DNA of 64,000 bases from the NCBI GenBank assembly GCA_964658305.1, contig OZ210885.1, forward strand, positions 1,798,001 to 1,862,000, given 5' to 3'. Below are positions 24,920 through 36,226 of this stretch, piece by piece. The DNA comes from Leptogorgia sarmentosa. Its lineage: Eukaryota. The notes beneath the pieces were generated by a model. The model did not search any database, was not told the origin of the DNA, and saw nothing but the letters and a program-made list of their open reading frames with translations. Within the stretch, counting starts at the first letter, position 1. The number at the start of each line of letters is the position of its first letter. Both the position numbers and the translations under genes were made by a program.

Positions 24920-27900
24920 CTAAATAAGAAAGTACAAGCAGGAATAATTCAATAGTGTACAAAAACACCATCAAATGGATCTGGTAGTGTCAAATAGTAT
25001 TTATAAAATAACCGGGAGTAAGTGAAAAAGACTGCGCGCGCGTGATTGGCTAACAGCCGTTGTTAATGTGAGATTATGTAAACACAGCTATTTCCCGCTG
25101 CTTCTCGCTATTCCGTTATTCCGCTTTTGTCATCGTGTTATTTTGTAAAACTCGTGCAAGTTTGGGAGAACTCGAAATGTGTGGAAACACTTGCCCTTCG
25201 GGCTTGTGTTTCCACACATTTCTCGTTCTCCCAAATTTGCACTCGTGTTTACATAACTCGATGTAAACATAGGAAAATGTTTCTAGGCATCAGACATATC
25301 TAGACATCAGCAGGCGGCACATTAGGAGAAAATTAGTACTTTATTAATAATTACCTATTTCGGTTGCTCTGCCAGATTCGTTTTACATCCGTGACGCACC
25401 ATCGAAGATTAGGAAATCTGACCTCTTTAAATGCCAATTTCTCGTCAAATTTCACGTAAAATTCGACATCTTCGCGGTAGATATCCACTGAGTAGGTTTC
25501 CATGTAGACTGCGTTCTCCATGTGGAATCCATACGATCGAAGGAAGTTCTTCATCTTGTCTTCCTGATAAGCAATGGTAAAGAAAGAACTTCTAGAAGGC
25601 TTATTTTTTACTCGTTTTTTACTCGTTTCATCGCTTCTGATTTCTTTTCTCGGCCTTCTTTTCCTTCTAGTGTGACGTTGCGTTTCCTGATCAACATAGT
25701 CAATTTCCTTTGGAGCTTCGCGTTCCGTTTGGTCGAACCCTTTTTTCAATTTGTTTGCTCTAAGCATGGCAATAGATACGGATTCACTATCTGCAAGGAA
25801 TAGATGTGGTATTCTAAACAGATATGCTCTTCCAAAGTGTACTGCTACTTCATGAATTCCATGTAATTGGGGATCATAGTCTCTTTCGAGGACTTGAAAC
25901 TGCAGTAAGAATTTTTCCGCAAAACGATTGAACATATATTGGGTGTCCTGTGTTGATGGATTTTTTACAAAAGCGAGATGTTGTGGGAGACCATCGTGGG
26001 TCTGATTGCACGGTCCTATGTAAGGAGAGAGGGTGAGCCCATCTTTCACACTTTTACTACCTTCGAATAACATCAAGTTGGCACCCTCTACAAAAGATCC
26101 ACTCATGAGAGACCACTTGTCTGCAGATGCTTGAACTGTCATACGTTCTAGTTCTCTACGTACTGCACGTATTGCTGGCTCACTTCCTCTGACTTCGAGA
26201 ATTGCTGCTTTCCGATGACGTGGGAGACGAGGTCGAATGACCACACTTGTTGCGCCCGTCTTCCTTGCAATTTCTCTAGATTTGCTTTTCTCGACACCCG
26301 ACATGGAGAAGGAAAGAAGAGATGAAAGGAATATCACGCTGTAATCTTCGGAACTAATGCAGGCAAGCATAATTTTTACATCAGCGTACTGCGCCAATAG
26401 TTGATATGAACGTTGCATGTGGTCTTGAAGAAGCTCGATTTTGTCAATCCCAGTTAGTTCAGAAACCTTTTCCTTACCAAGGATACGTGAAAATGGTTCT
26501 GGAATATCTATGTCGCCAATCTTTTCAAAATCGTGAAAGAATTGTATCAACATCCGGCCAAGGTCGTCGAGGTTTGTGCATTCCTTTCCTTGTTCATTAC
26601 ACGTCTCGCTTTTGACGGCGCCCATAACATTCTCGAACTTCGTACACAAGTTTACATCTGAGCTCCGTCCACCAACAAGTTCGTCAAACTTTCGGAAAAC
26701 CTCGTCTCCTTCAAGAATTTTAACTTCTTCACGTTGTATATACTGCGAGATAAAAAGGATGCTCATTGCGTTGGAAATGTTTTCAACATCAGCAGGATTT
26801 CGCAACAAACCGATTCCAACGCACCATTGATGAATAGTCCGGAAGATCAGCAACAAAAGAGGATACTTTTCCACGAGGTTGGAGAGCAACATGGCCATTA
26901 GGATACTGACCTTTGACGCGCTTATATCGCAGACAATGTTGGAGGAACATTGAGTTGATGTAGTCAGTTTTTCAGTTGGTTTCTTGCAAATAAGAATCTA
27001 AGAAAAGAAAATTATTCAGTAATGTAAGATATTTTGTGCAGTGAAAATCCATAAATTAAGTTTTCCTTACGATAGGTCATTTTTCAAGTCCAATGTTTTT
27101 CAGTCCAATCTTACTTGGCTGTGGTCTCAAGCATAGGGAGTTCAAGATGACGACAAGGGATCGACTACGAGTACAGACCAACAATCCGGATGAGTAAATA
27201 CAATTGAAACAATTTCCACCAAACATATATGCAGAAAAAAAATTATGGTGTCATTTCGCTTTTTCCTTGGCCATGTACCTTTAAAAAGGACTACGTAAAA
27301 AAAATATCTCACTACAGTGAGATATTAAATTTTGGAAATCTACATGTACTCGTAGTCAGTTGTCGGTATCTTAAACTACCCAATATCTAATAAAGCACGT
27401 GTTTTAAATTGTACGAAAAATGAAATTTTCTTACCGGATGGCGTTTCTCTTTATTTTGGAGACGAACTTCGAAGAAGAGATTGTTTTTTTCTTTGTCATT
27501 CTCTTCGGCCTTCAGTTTACACACAAGTTGCTGAAGAATGTTCTGTTCCATTTCATTGTTTATGTCGCCATCAGTGGTGTGGGTACTTGGGATGATACAG
27601 AGTTCCATGTTTGAATTGTGATGGCAAAACAGCGTTCTTGATGTTCCAGCGAAGAAGGTGGAGTGATTCAATGCCTGGAGATGAGAATCAATTGAATTCT
27701 TCACACGTATTCGCTCTTTTACCTGTTCCAGCAACAGCATCTTTTCGTCATTGAATATTCTGACGAGACTCTCGCCGACCGCACAGTCAACGTTTTTGGG
27801 AGCGTTTCCGGGCGAATGCTGCTGACACTTCGACATGACGTCATCGAGAAGCCATGGAAGACCCAGTAAACGTTTTCGCTCAAGTTGTTCCCAGCTCTCT

Positions 27901-30900
27901 TCATATGTGGCTTCGTACCAGGCTGAAGCTTTCAGGCATATCTATATTACAAACGATAGGTAGAAAGGCTTTACGCTTGCAACTTTTGGTTGAATTTCTA
28001 GTGCGGTTTTCTCGTATTGATGGTGTAAATGAGTAAACCTGTCACAAACGTTTGGGGATAAGAGTTGCACTCAGAAGATCCGTTATTAATCCACTCGTTC
28101 ACAATTACCGAAGGGAGGAAAATTAAACAATGTACGAAATCTATTACCACAGGTCTATGCTCGTTACTTATTTATTGCCGTTATACGAATGGGTGAAAAG
28201 GAAAATTGTCCATTATTTCATGAAGTCCAAACGTAGTTCAGAGAAGTTTTGCAATCAGTGGAACTATCCAATAGGCTGTACTATCTTGTCTTACGTTTGA
28301 AAAGACATTTTTTTTAAAATTCAGACTCAGTACAAAGGTGAATAATATTGGAGCTCTATTAAAATCAGTTAAAAAAGCTCGGATGCTTCTCAGTATGAAA
28401 AATGATAATCAATTAAATTACCTCTTCTAGATCTGATAGTTTGGCGTCTTTCGTTAATCGCTGTTCGCTCATTCCAAACTCTTCAAAGAACTCACGTCTA
28501 AACTCGCCACGTATGCCACGCAATATCTCCTTTACGACATCTGCAACCCTTGGTTTTTCTTTAGGCAAGCGATTTCGCATCTTCAGGAAACAACCAGTGA
28601 ATATCTCCGCCTCTGAATGGATACCGTAGAGACGCATTAATGCTTCCATCTTATCACGGTATTGTTTATACACCTCCCTCGCACGAGTAAGGTATTTTTC
28701 TCTTCCTGACAAAAGAAAAGATTTATCTATTCGCATTCTTTGGTTGCACTTTTCGGAGGTCGTGTCTTTGAACTTTCGGCAACGCCGATAAAGCTTTCCC
28801 AGAACGTTTTCCGAGGGGTAGCTTGGTTTATCGGTTTTCATCATGAAGTCCGGATAATCTTTTAGCGCCTTCATCTTTGGCATTTTGGGCCACATTCCAG
28901 TTTTCGGGGCATCCACTGCCAAGGAATGAACCTCAGCTAGGTGTAGACAGATTTGTGATTGAATTCCATCTTTTTCTTGATCAGCAAGTGCTTTGTGTCT
29001 ATTATCAATAACCCCCAGTTGGTCTGACCGGATATAATCGACGACAAACTTGGTCAGGTGAGTGGATGTGATTGGTTCTGCCTCTTCTTTCTTTGGTGGC
29101 GCTTTGTAATTCATAGCTTGAAAATCTGGCTTGTTTGGGAGAAGACTTTGTTTCCAGCACACAAAATACAAATCACCGTCCAAGTCACCACCTGGAAAAA
29201 TGAAAATATTTCAACATTCTAAATTACCATTCGTTATGTAGACTAAATAGCCAATTGTGTTGTTGTACGTATCTTTGTAGATAATATAGACTGCAGGAAA
29301 TGTTATATAGTTGCTGAAAAATGTTTATGCGAAAAATTTATATATTTATATATAATCCATCTTATGATACGTTCAAACGCTACCATTGTTGAGCACGATT
29401 CCCATTTTGGCGTACGAAAACTAGTGCTGATGCCACCTTTCGACTTTGCTAAGTTTTCACCTTTGACAGTAGGAAATGTGAAAAATTTTGAATTTAAAAT
29501 TTGAAATGCATTTCCTTCATGCGTGCTCACTGACGAAATGATGCCAAAATGTGAATCGTGCCCGGCAAATCGTAGCGTGTAAACGAACTTTTTAAACGGA
29601 AATAAATAAAAGTTACTATTCCAGCTAATAGGCTGAATCTAGACTCCTATAACAAAGGGACTGTCTATACTGCCACCATTTTTCGAAAACGATGTCTTGA
29701 CTAATATGATAGTTGCAGTATATCTATTACTTGCCATCTTATTAGAACTCACAAGCCCCACTGGATACGCGATGGCCTTGGGCAACAAAATAGGACTACC
29801 AGAAGCTTACAGTTGCTGAATATTCCACTATTTAAGACCGCTAGTAGCCATAGATCCTTTTATTACCGTACAGTAAGCATATGGAACTCTTTAGAAACTC
29901 TTTAGAATCAAGTGACTCAGTACATATTTTCAAGCAAAAAATTAAATCTCATGCAATTATTAAAACAGTTTATACTATCTTAGGATTAGTATTTCGTTTT
30001 GTACATATAATTAGTTTATTACTTATTGTAAATTATCACTGAAAAGCTTCCTTGTATTCTAGGAGCATTTTAGGTTATTTAATGTTCAAAATCGTGGAAA
30101 TGGATGGTTCGTTAATTAGCATAGCATATATTGATAAGGAAATATTAATTAACAACATTAATTAGCCCGTATTAATTAGCATATTTACCTGACATCTCGC
30201 TGGGGTGAGGACGCAATCCCACTCGTGGAAAAACAATACAATCAACCAGATGACTGAGGCCTGGGGCATTCACAGCCTCGAACTGACGGATATCCCCGGG
30301 ATGTAAACATGGATTTCGTGTGACAACAACTGGACCGGTGAGACATCTTGTATCGTCCAAGTTGAACTCGTGTTCTCCATCTGGTTCAGTTGAAACTGCC
30401 GAATACTGAACGAAAACCTTAAAATAGATGGATTAAGATGGACATAAGTATTTTATATAATAGCCATTCTACTCAGTCTACCTTGAAAAAGAATTTTGAT
30501 AAATGAACGGACCGTTCCCCAATTTTAGACAAATTTTCGAATTAGGAGAATTCATCATCACGGCTAAGAAAGAGCACCATCAATTTAGTAAAATAATTCT
30601 GAAGTTTGAAACTCGTTAATTCAAAAGTTCATCAGAAAGGCGAAAGATCCATTCAATAGCAGCTTGTTTGGAAAATAAAAAATCCTTATCCTGCAATTTT
30701 AAATTTTGAAAATTAATAAATTATTTTTAAGAAAAAACTAACCTGTCCCGGCTTTAATATTCCTTCCTCGTCCATGACACCCATCATCAATCGTGCTTCC
30801 TCTGGCGGCAAAAGTATCCGGCCACGTGACAGGAGTTCGTGAATGTGATTTCTATGCATGGCAACCAGTAGGGACTTGAAGAATGGCTCCGTTGTTAATT

Positions 30901-33900
30901 GTAAACCACCATTTGACAACGTACGATAGGACATTTCAACTTTACTTCCGCTTTTTAAAAACGGAATTGCATCAATTTCGTTGACCAACATGTCTGCCAC
31001 AAAAATAAAATTTAAAAAGAATTATTATATTGTTATAAAATACAATTTTGTTCTATTTATTGTGACACATTTTTTATTGGCGACAAGGAACGTCTTATAA
31101 ACTATACCCTCACTAATAATTAATTATTGGATATTAATGATTATATAACAATTTGAATCATTTCAACATTTCTTCAAATCGTCAAGTTATTAAATATAAA
31201 GTAACATCGATAAGTTACGGAAGTTAAGATAAGTTACTGATGTGACTACCGAAGCGTCAAAAAATGAATCCTTCTGGTCTATAAAATTAGCTTATTAATT
31301 TGGCACATAATTATAACAAAGATTGTCTATACATACATTAAAGCATATAGTATGTTTAACGTACTTGCCAATTTATCCAACATTTCCTTTTGCAAAGCAA
31401 TAAATGTGTCATCGGGGACCTCAAGATTGGAAAGAAGCATAATGAGCTGGTGGTTGAGATAAACAGCCTGGGGTCGAGAAGTGTGGGTAACTTCAAGGCG
31501 ACAGTGATTGCTTTCGAATTTCTTCATACTTGGACGGAACGATGCTTTTCTGCCGGGCAATTTAGGATCACTTGCTAGTACTCCTTTGTAACCAGCGAAT
31601 CTTATTTGAAAAGCGGAGGGTGTAAAAGGCTTTTCTAACTTCTTTGCTACCTGAAACGAGAGTTCAGAGAATTATGCGTTGATTCGAGATTTGGATGAAG
31701 TGCGAACTATGGTTCAATGGATGTTGTATCCAATACATTGCAATGCATATATAGGTTAATCTAAATTATAATTACTGCATCAAGTCCACACATTTTTTCT
31801 TACCTCAACAGCAAGCTCCTGCGATATTCGGCCAATTCCATCAGAAAAACAATAATCATTGTCAGCAGTCATAACGTCGGGTTCTTCTGTGAACATTTCT
31901 TCATCACGTGTTTCTATGGCAACTGTATCCGAAGATGTAGAGAAACATTGACCCATTCGAGCCATGTAAGTGGCTACACACCTACACAATTGGAAGCACG
32001 TTGTATCAATGAAACAAGTTTTCTTTTATGGATATTTTTGCATGACTTAATATCGGTCTTACTGTCCATGTCTCATTAATTATGCAACATCTTCAATGGT
32101 ATTTTTAGTTCCATAAGTGAGCACAAAATAAATTACATTCACACGATACGACTAATCATTGAATACCGACACCATGCAATATGTTGGATCTTTTTAACGT
32201 AACAATAGCAATATAAGTAGGTAGTCTTTTCCCAACATATTGGTTGTAGGTATTGAAAGCCTCCTGACAAAAGTTGTGGTAGCCTTTATTCTATATTTAA
32301 CCTATAGGATACTGCAGTAGCGCCCCGCACGCATATTCACGCAATCGCATGAAAATATTCGTTAAAATTTCTTACTTTATTTGGGAAAAGTCTCCCATCC
32401 ATTCTCGCACTTCCTCCACTGAAGTCCTGGACCCCAAAAACCAACAGCTATGATTGCGAAGTTGACTGTTAGAAGCCGCTAGAAAATGGAATGTCGTTCC
32501 TGCAATGTTCAACCCAGTGTTTAGATCTTGATTGATATTATCCAAAATTAGGTCAATACTACCCCGTCCCATAGATAGCTTGGAATGATTTTCTTCTCGA
32601 ATACTGACGCAAATGAAATCATCGTTTGATTCAAAATGTCTGAGCACGCGATTCTTTACCATAACTTCGGGTGGATGCAGCAAAACCCTTGTTGGAGTGA
32701 TAACGACTCGCTTTATTAGAGCACAGTGATTGGGAATTTGATTCTGGTTTTTCGTCGAATGAAATTTAATTTCGCCTGTTAAAAATTTTTCCAGAGTCGC
32801 TTGTGGGTCGCAGAATGGATCTCTTTCAAACGCGAGGCGTAATTTCTCCAGGCAAGCCAAATCAGGATTTCGACCTTGAAGTAGCTCAGCCAGACGCCTT
32901 TCGCAAACTCTTCCACGAATGGACGGGTGGGAGGTGACAATACCCTTAATGATATAGCGGACATCAAAATTCAATTCAGTGGGAAGATTGATCTCGGGAA
33001 ATCGTCCATATGTGTCCTTTATCCAACAGTAAAAGGCTTTTTTCCCGAATCTCGTATCAAGTGTGGTTAGCAGTGATCTTAGAAGTGTGGATTCCTTTGG
33101 TGGGATTCTAAAGCAGTAAGTGAAGCTCTCGCCCCACGCTTTACTACCCCCTCGAACATCGACCACTCTTTCCCAGAACTGGTCCGCATCTGCATGGCGG
33201 GGAACCGGACGATCACGAAAACTTCGGACTACATCAGGATATTCATCATCAGTCGAAAATCTATCGGAATCGCTGTCAGATACTTCAGATAGATTCAGAT
33301 CAATTCCGGCATCCAAAGCATTATTATCTTCATTTTCACTGTCGATATCAGCATCTTCATCATCGTCAATGTCCGCAAATACATCGTTGTCATCAATATC
33401 ATCGGTATATTCTCGATATATTCTGGGAGGGTGCTTCACGGTAAAAATTGCTCTTATCATTTCATTGTCAGTTTTCTTGCGATCAACCAGAACAAAGTCT
33501 TCCAGTTCGCTATATCGGATTTCCAGCTTGTAATTTCTTCTTCGCCATACAAAGAATACGGTAAGCATGTTGAAGCTGTGCTCGAAACGCATTTCAACCT
33601 GCTTCACAGACTCCATATCGAGAGGCCATTCATACTGGAAGCTGGATCGACCGACCAAAGTTCCAACATGCAGGGAATGCGCGAGTAATGTACAGTTCTC
33701 TTCAACTTTTCGAGATGTTTGCGGAAGTAAAGGATACAGCCAAATATTCAACATCTCTTCTTTTTCCAGTATTCGACACCACACGTCAGAAACACTACAG
33801 ATAAACTCATCTTTGGATCGAAATTCATGTGAGATGTTATCTTCACGCTGTTGTAGTGTGAAAGCAATTGGTGGTGTCGAACCTTCTTCCTGGCCAACTG

Positions 33901-36226
33901 TCAGACCATGAATGTTCTCTGTCGGGGATGATGTCGTTGGCCTAACATTGAACGTGCGCTCTAAATTATCAGTTACAGTTTCCAATTGTTTAGCGCAGAT
34001 TTCTTTTCCCTGGAACAACTTGATGATCACGGTAACTGTAGGCCTATATCGCTTAACATAGGTAATGTTTTTTACTTCTTCATCTACAGGCGATTTCAGA
34101 TCAGGCTGTTTTACTTGGCACTTGAATTCACGAGCTTGTTGTTCGGAAACTTCGTTCTTCATAGCTTTAGAAACGACACATTTCATGTTTTCTTCTCGGA
34201 CAGCTAAATCCTTGGCCAACAGTTCTTCCTTTCCGGTACAGATTACAACAAACTCGCTATCGGATCGACGAGAAGCGCGGCCACGGCTTTGTACAAAAGA
34301 ACGTAAAGTTGCAGCACCCTCAAACCGAACGACCAAGTTGCAGATGGGAACATCTAATCCCTCTTCCAAGACACTTGTACTAATGAGTAGCTTTACTTCG
34401 CCGGATTTGAATTGTTGTAAAAGGACTTCTTGCTCGTCTTTCCAGGCCATTCCATCGAACCCACCATCTCCGTGACCTACAAATGCGGCAGGATTCAGCA
34501 ATCTGGATATGTCTGGATTCCCTCTGAGTTTTTCGCAAAGTTTGTAGGCTGTCTTACGCATACACACGAAAATAATCCCTCTGGAAGTTTGATCTTCTCG
34601 TACCCGAAGAATAAACTTGCGTATCCGGAGCTCCAGACGTCCGTAACGATCAGACATGGGGCAAGTCTCGTCGACCATTCCTGCGGCATGGTTCTTTAGG
34701 TCCACAAATGTCTGCTTTGTCCCGATCAACCTCTTCAAGGCACTTTGACTTGGGGAAATGGCTTGAATGATGCTGTTCACGCAACCGTTCAAGTATTCAA
34801 TCGCGTCCTTGTAAGAAAGAACTTGATTTACGTCAACAACGCTGAGCAGGCGCATGATGTGTTCACTGACGATCAAGGTTTCTACCATGTTCTTGTCTCC
34901 ATGACATCTCTCTATCAGATTTCTCAGCGCTCCTCTGAAATGATTACAAAACACAGTTAGGCGCGTGAGCAGCTGACCACAGCCTACGGTCTTTTCGATA
35001 AGGCTTTTTCGAAGTTCTTCAATATGATCCTTCACGAGTGTTTCCAGAATTATCTGACGCGTATTCGTTGTTGTTACAACGTCATACCAAGTGTCGGGTG
35101 CATTGACGTGAGCAACCAAATCATCCGATTCCACAGGCATCGTAACATGGCAATGTAGATTTTTAAGTAACTTTTCAAGCTTCTCGGTGGTTCTTTCTAC
35201 GGTCATTTCACCAGCCGGTGAAGCAGTCAATCCTAGCACAAGAGGTTTCAAAGAATCAGGTTTAAGTTGTTGATAAAAATCTTTCATGATTTGATTGTAA
35301 GGATGACCGCCATTGCAATGATGCGCCTCATCAAATACGAGCACAGAAATATTGGAAAGTCGAATTTCCGAATTTCCCACTGCGAGATTATCCAGAAATA
35401 TTTGGTGTGTGAGAACTAAAATATCCACTGTCCTATCGGCCAGCGCTTGATGAACATCTTTCTTCTGTAATGGGGACATTTCACCTGTCAATGTTGCAAC
35501 CCTCAAATGACGAAGCTGGGACTGAAAATACGCACTTTGTTGATAAGCCAGCGGTATACGATCAACGATGAATACCATAAACTTTCCGGGATTGAGTTGC
35601 TTCATGCAACTGAACACCATCGCTGCAACTAATGTCTTACCCGAACCAGTAGGAAGATAAACAAGTTTGTTTCCACGCATAGTTGCCAGAAAAAGTTCAC
35701 GCTGGTAGTTTCGTGGTGTCTGGGCTGTCAAACAGTCAATCTCTCTTGATGAGCAGGTTAATCCTGTTACGTCGCAGTACGTCATGGGCACACTGGACTG
35801 ATGTGTTTGACTGGACATGACTTCTGATGGACGAAATTCAATAACCTCAATTCCCAATGACTGTAGATATGGAGCCACCGTTGCAAGCTTCTTCATTTCA
35901 ATCTTTTCTCCGTCATTTAAAAGCCAAATATTTTCTACCTTGTAACAAACAAGCAATATCGAGGCGAGATACGTTATATTCCCCACGTGGGTCGCACATT
36001 CTCGGCAACGGATTATATATGGACAATATCTAGCGCTTCTTGCTGATCGCGAGTTCTCTTCTTTTGTAACTTTAGCGTAAGCCTCGTCTTCCATTCCTAC
36101 TCTTACTGCAAGGTGTCGCTGTGAAGGGGGCATTGTTGCAAGCATTAGGATTTCTTTTCGTGCCAGTGTACTGTCACATTTTTTGCAGATAAGAGAAATG
36201 CCGGTTGTCACGTGATTTGAGGCCAT
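24448..36226 (-). CDS. Multidomain RNA-silencing enzyme: Zn domain + RIG-I/Dicer-like DExH helicase + cellular RNA-dependent RNA polymerase + degenerate nucleotidyltransferase-like + KH-like + unknown C-terminal domain (about 2728 aa)
   Basis: Nine coding exons with GT-AG introns and consistent phases: 36226-32376, 31981-31804, 31650-31365, 30993-30743, 30417-30189, 29191-28422, 27941-27435, 26997-25355, 24919-24448 (8187 nt, a multiple of 3). Helicase motifs LPTGSGKT, DEAH, TAS and QSRGRA. RdRP motifs ARMGQCFS, FSDGIGRIS, FQIRFAGYKG, RNPCLHPGD, SGGDLDGD and KASAWY. Confidence 0.9.
25144..25253. repeat. Palindromic repeat in the last intron of the RdRP gene
   Basis: TGTAAAACTCGTGCAAGTTTGGGAGAACTCGAAATGTGTGGAAACAC pairs with GTGTTTCCACACATTTCTCGTTCTCCCAAATTTGCACTCGTGTTTACA around a GCCCTTCGGGC core. 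Confidence 0.8.
25355..26997 (-). CDS. Helicase-RdRP gene exon 8 (second half of the NTase/PAP-associated-like region, KH-like domain, start of the C-terminal domain)
   Basis: Acceptor TTTCTTAG|ATT at 26997, open for 547 codons, donor AG|GTAATT at 25355. Confidence 0.8.
27135..27381. mobile_element. Degenerate MITE in intron 7 of the RdRP gene
   Basis: GGGAGTTCAAGATGACGACAA..GACTACGAGTAC and GTACTCGTAGTCAGTTGTCGGTATCTTAAACTACCC form imperfect TIRs. Confidence 0.6.
27435..27941 (-). CDS. Helicase-RdRP gene exon 7 (end of RdRP head domain, start of NTase-like fold)
   Basis: ICLKASAWYEATY..LLGLPWLL runs in frame into FFAGTSRTLFCHHNSNMELCII; donor CCG|GTAAGA. Confidence 0.85.
28422..29191 (-). 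CDS. Helicase-RdRP gene exon 6 (catalytic DLDGD)
   Basis: GGDLDGDLYFVCW (DLDGD at 29186-29172), LGVIDNRH, HSLAVDAPKTG, YPDFM, VLGKLYR. Confidence 0.92.
30189..30417 (-). CDS. Helicase-RdRP gene exon 5
   Basis: VFVQYS..GPVVVTRNPCLHPGDIR..HLVDCIVFPRVGLRPHPSEMSG. Confidence 0.92.
30743..30993 (-). CDS. Helicase-RdRP gene exon 4
   Basis: EPFFKSLL..RGRILLP..LMMGVMDEEGILKPGQ. Confidence 0.9.
31365..31650 (-). CDS. Helicase-RdRP gene exon 3
   Basis: PSAFQIRFAGYKGVL..RPSMKKF..YLNHQLIMLLS. Confidence 0.9.
31804..31981 (-). CDS. Helicase-RdRP gene exon 2
   Basis: YMARMGQCFSTS..YCFSDGIGRIS. Confidence 0.9.
32376..36226 (-). CDS. Helicase-RdRP gene, first coding exon (Zn domain, DExH helicase, RdRP N-terminal region)
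   Basis: 3851-nt open exon with ATG at 36226, 16 nt after an acceptor-like TTTTTCAACAG (so an upstream exon may exist). It ends VITPTRV..NRVLRHF..FLAASNSQLRNHSCWF..WMGDF, the start of the RdRP domain. Confidence 0.92.

Noticed and set aside
25351..27836. ORFs 27387..27836 and 25351..26898 as separate genes
   Set aside because: Both have phase-compatible splice sites, and the first is in frame with the RdRP KASAWY motif in the same exon.
28422..31981. Endogenous viral RdRP
   Set aside because: The motifs (DLDGD, NPCLHPGD) are of the cellular double-barrel type rather than the viral GDD palm type, and the gene has spliceosomal introns.
33120..34960. Several plus-strand ORFs opposite the large exon
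   Set aside because: They are antisense shadows with no recognisable motifs.
32376..36226. Dicer, or a stand-alone RIG-I/MDA5 gene
   Set aside because: No PAZ, RNase III or CARD motifs were seen, and the frame continues directly into RdRP motifs.
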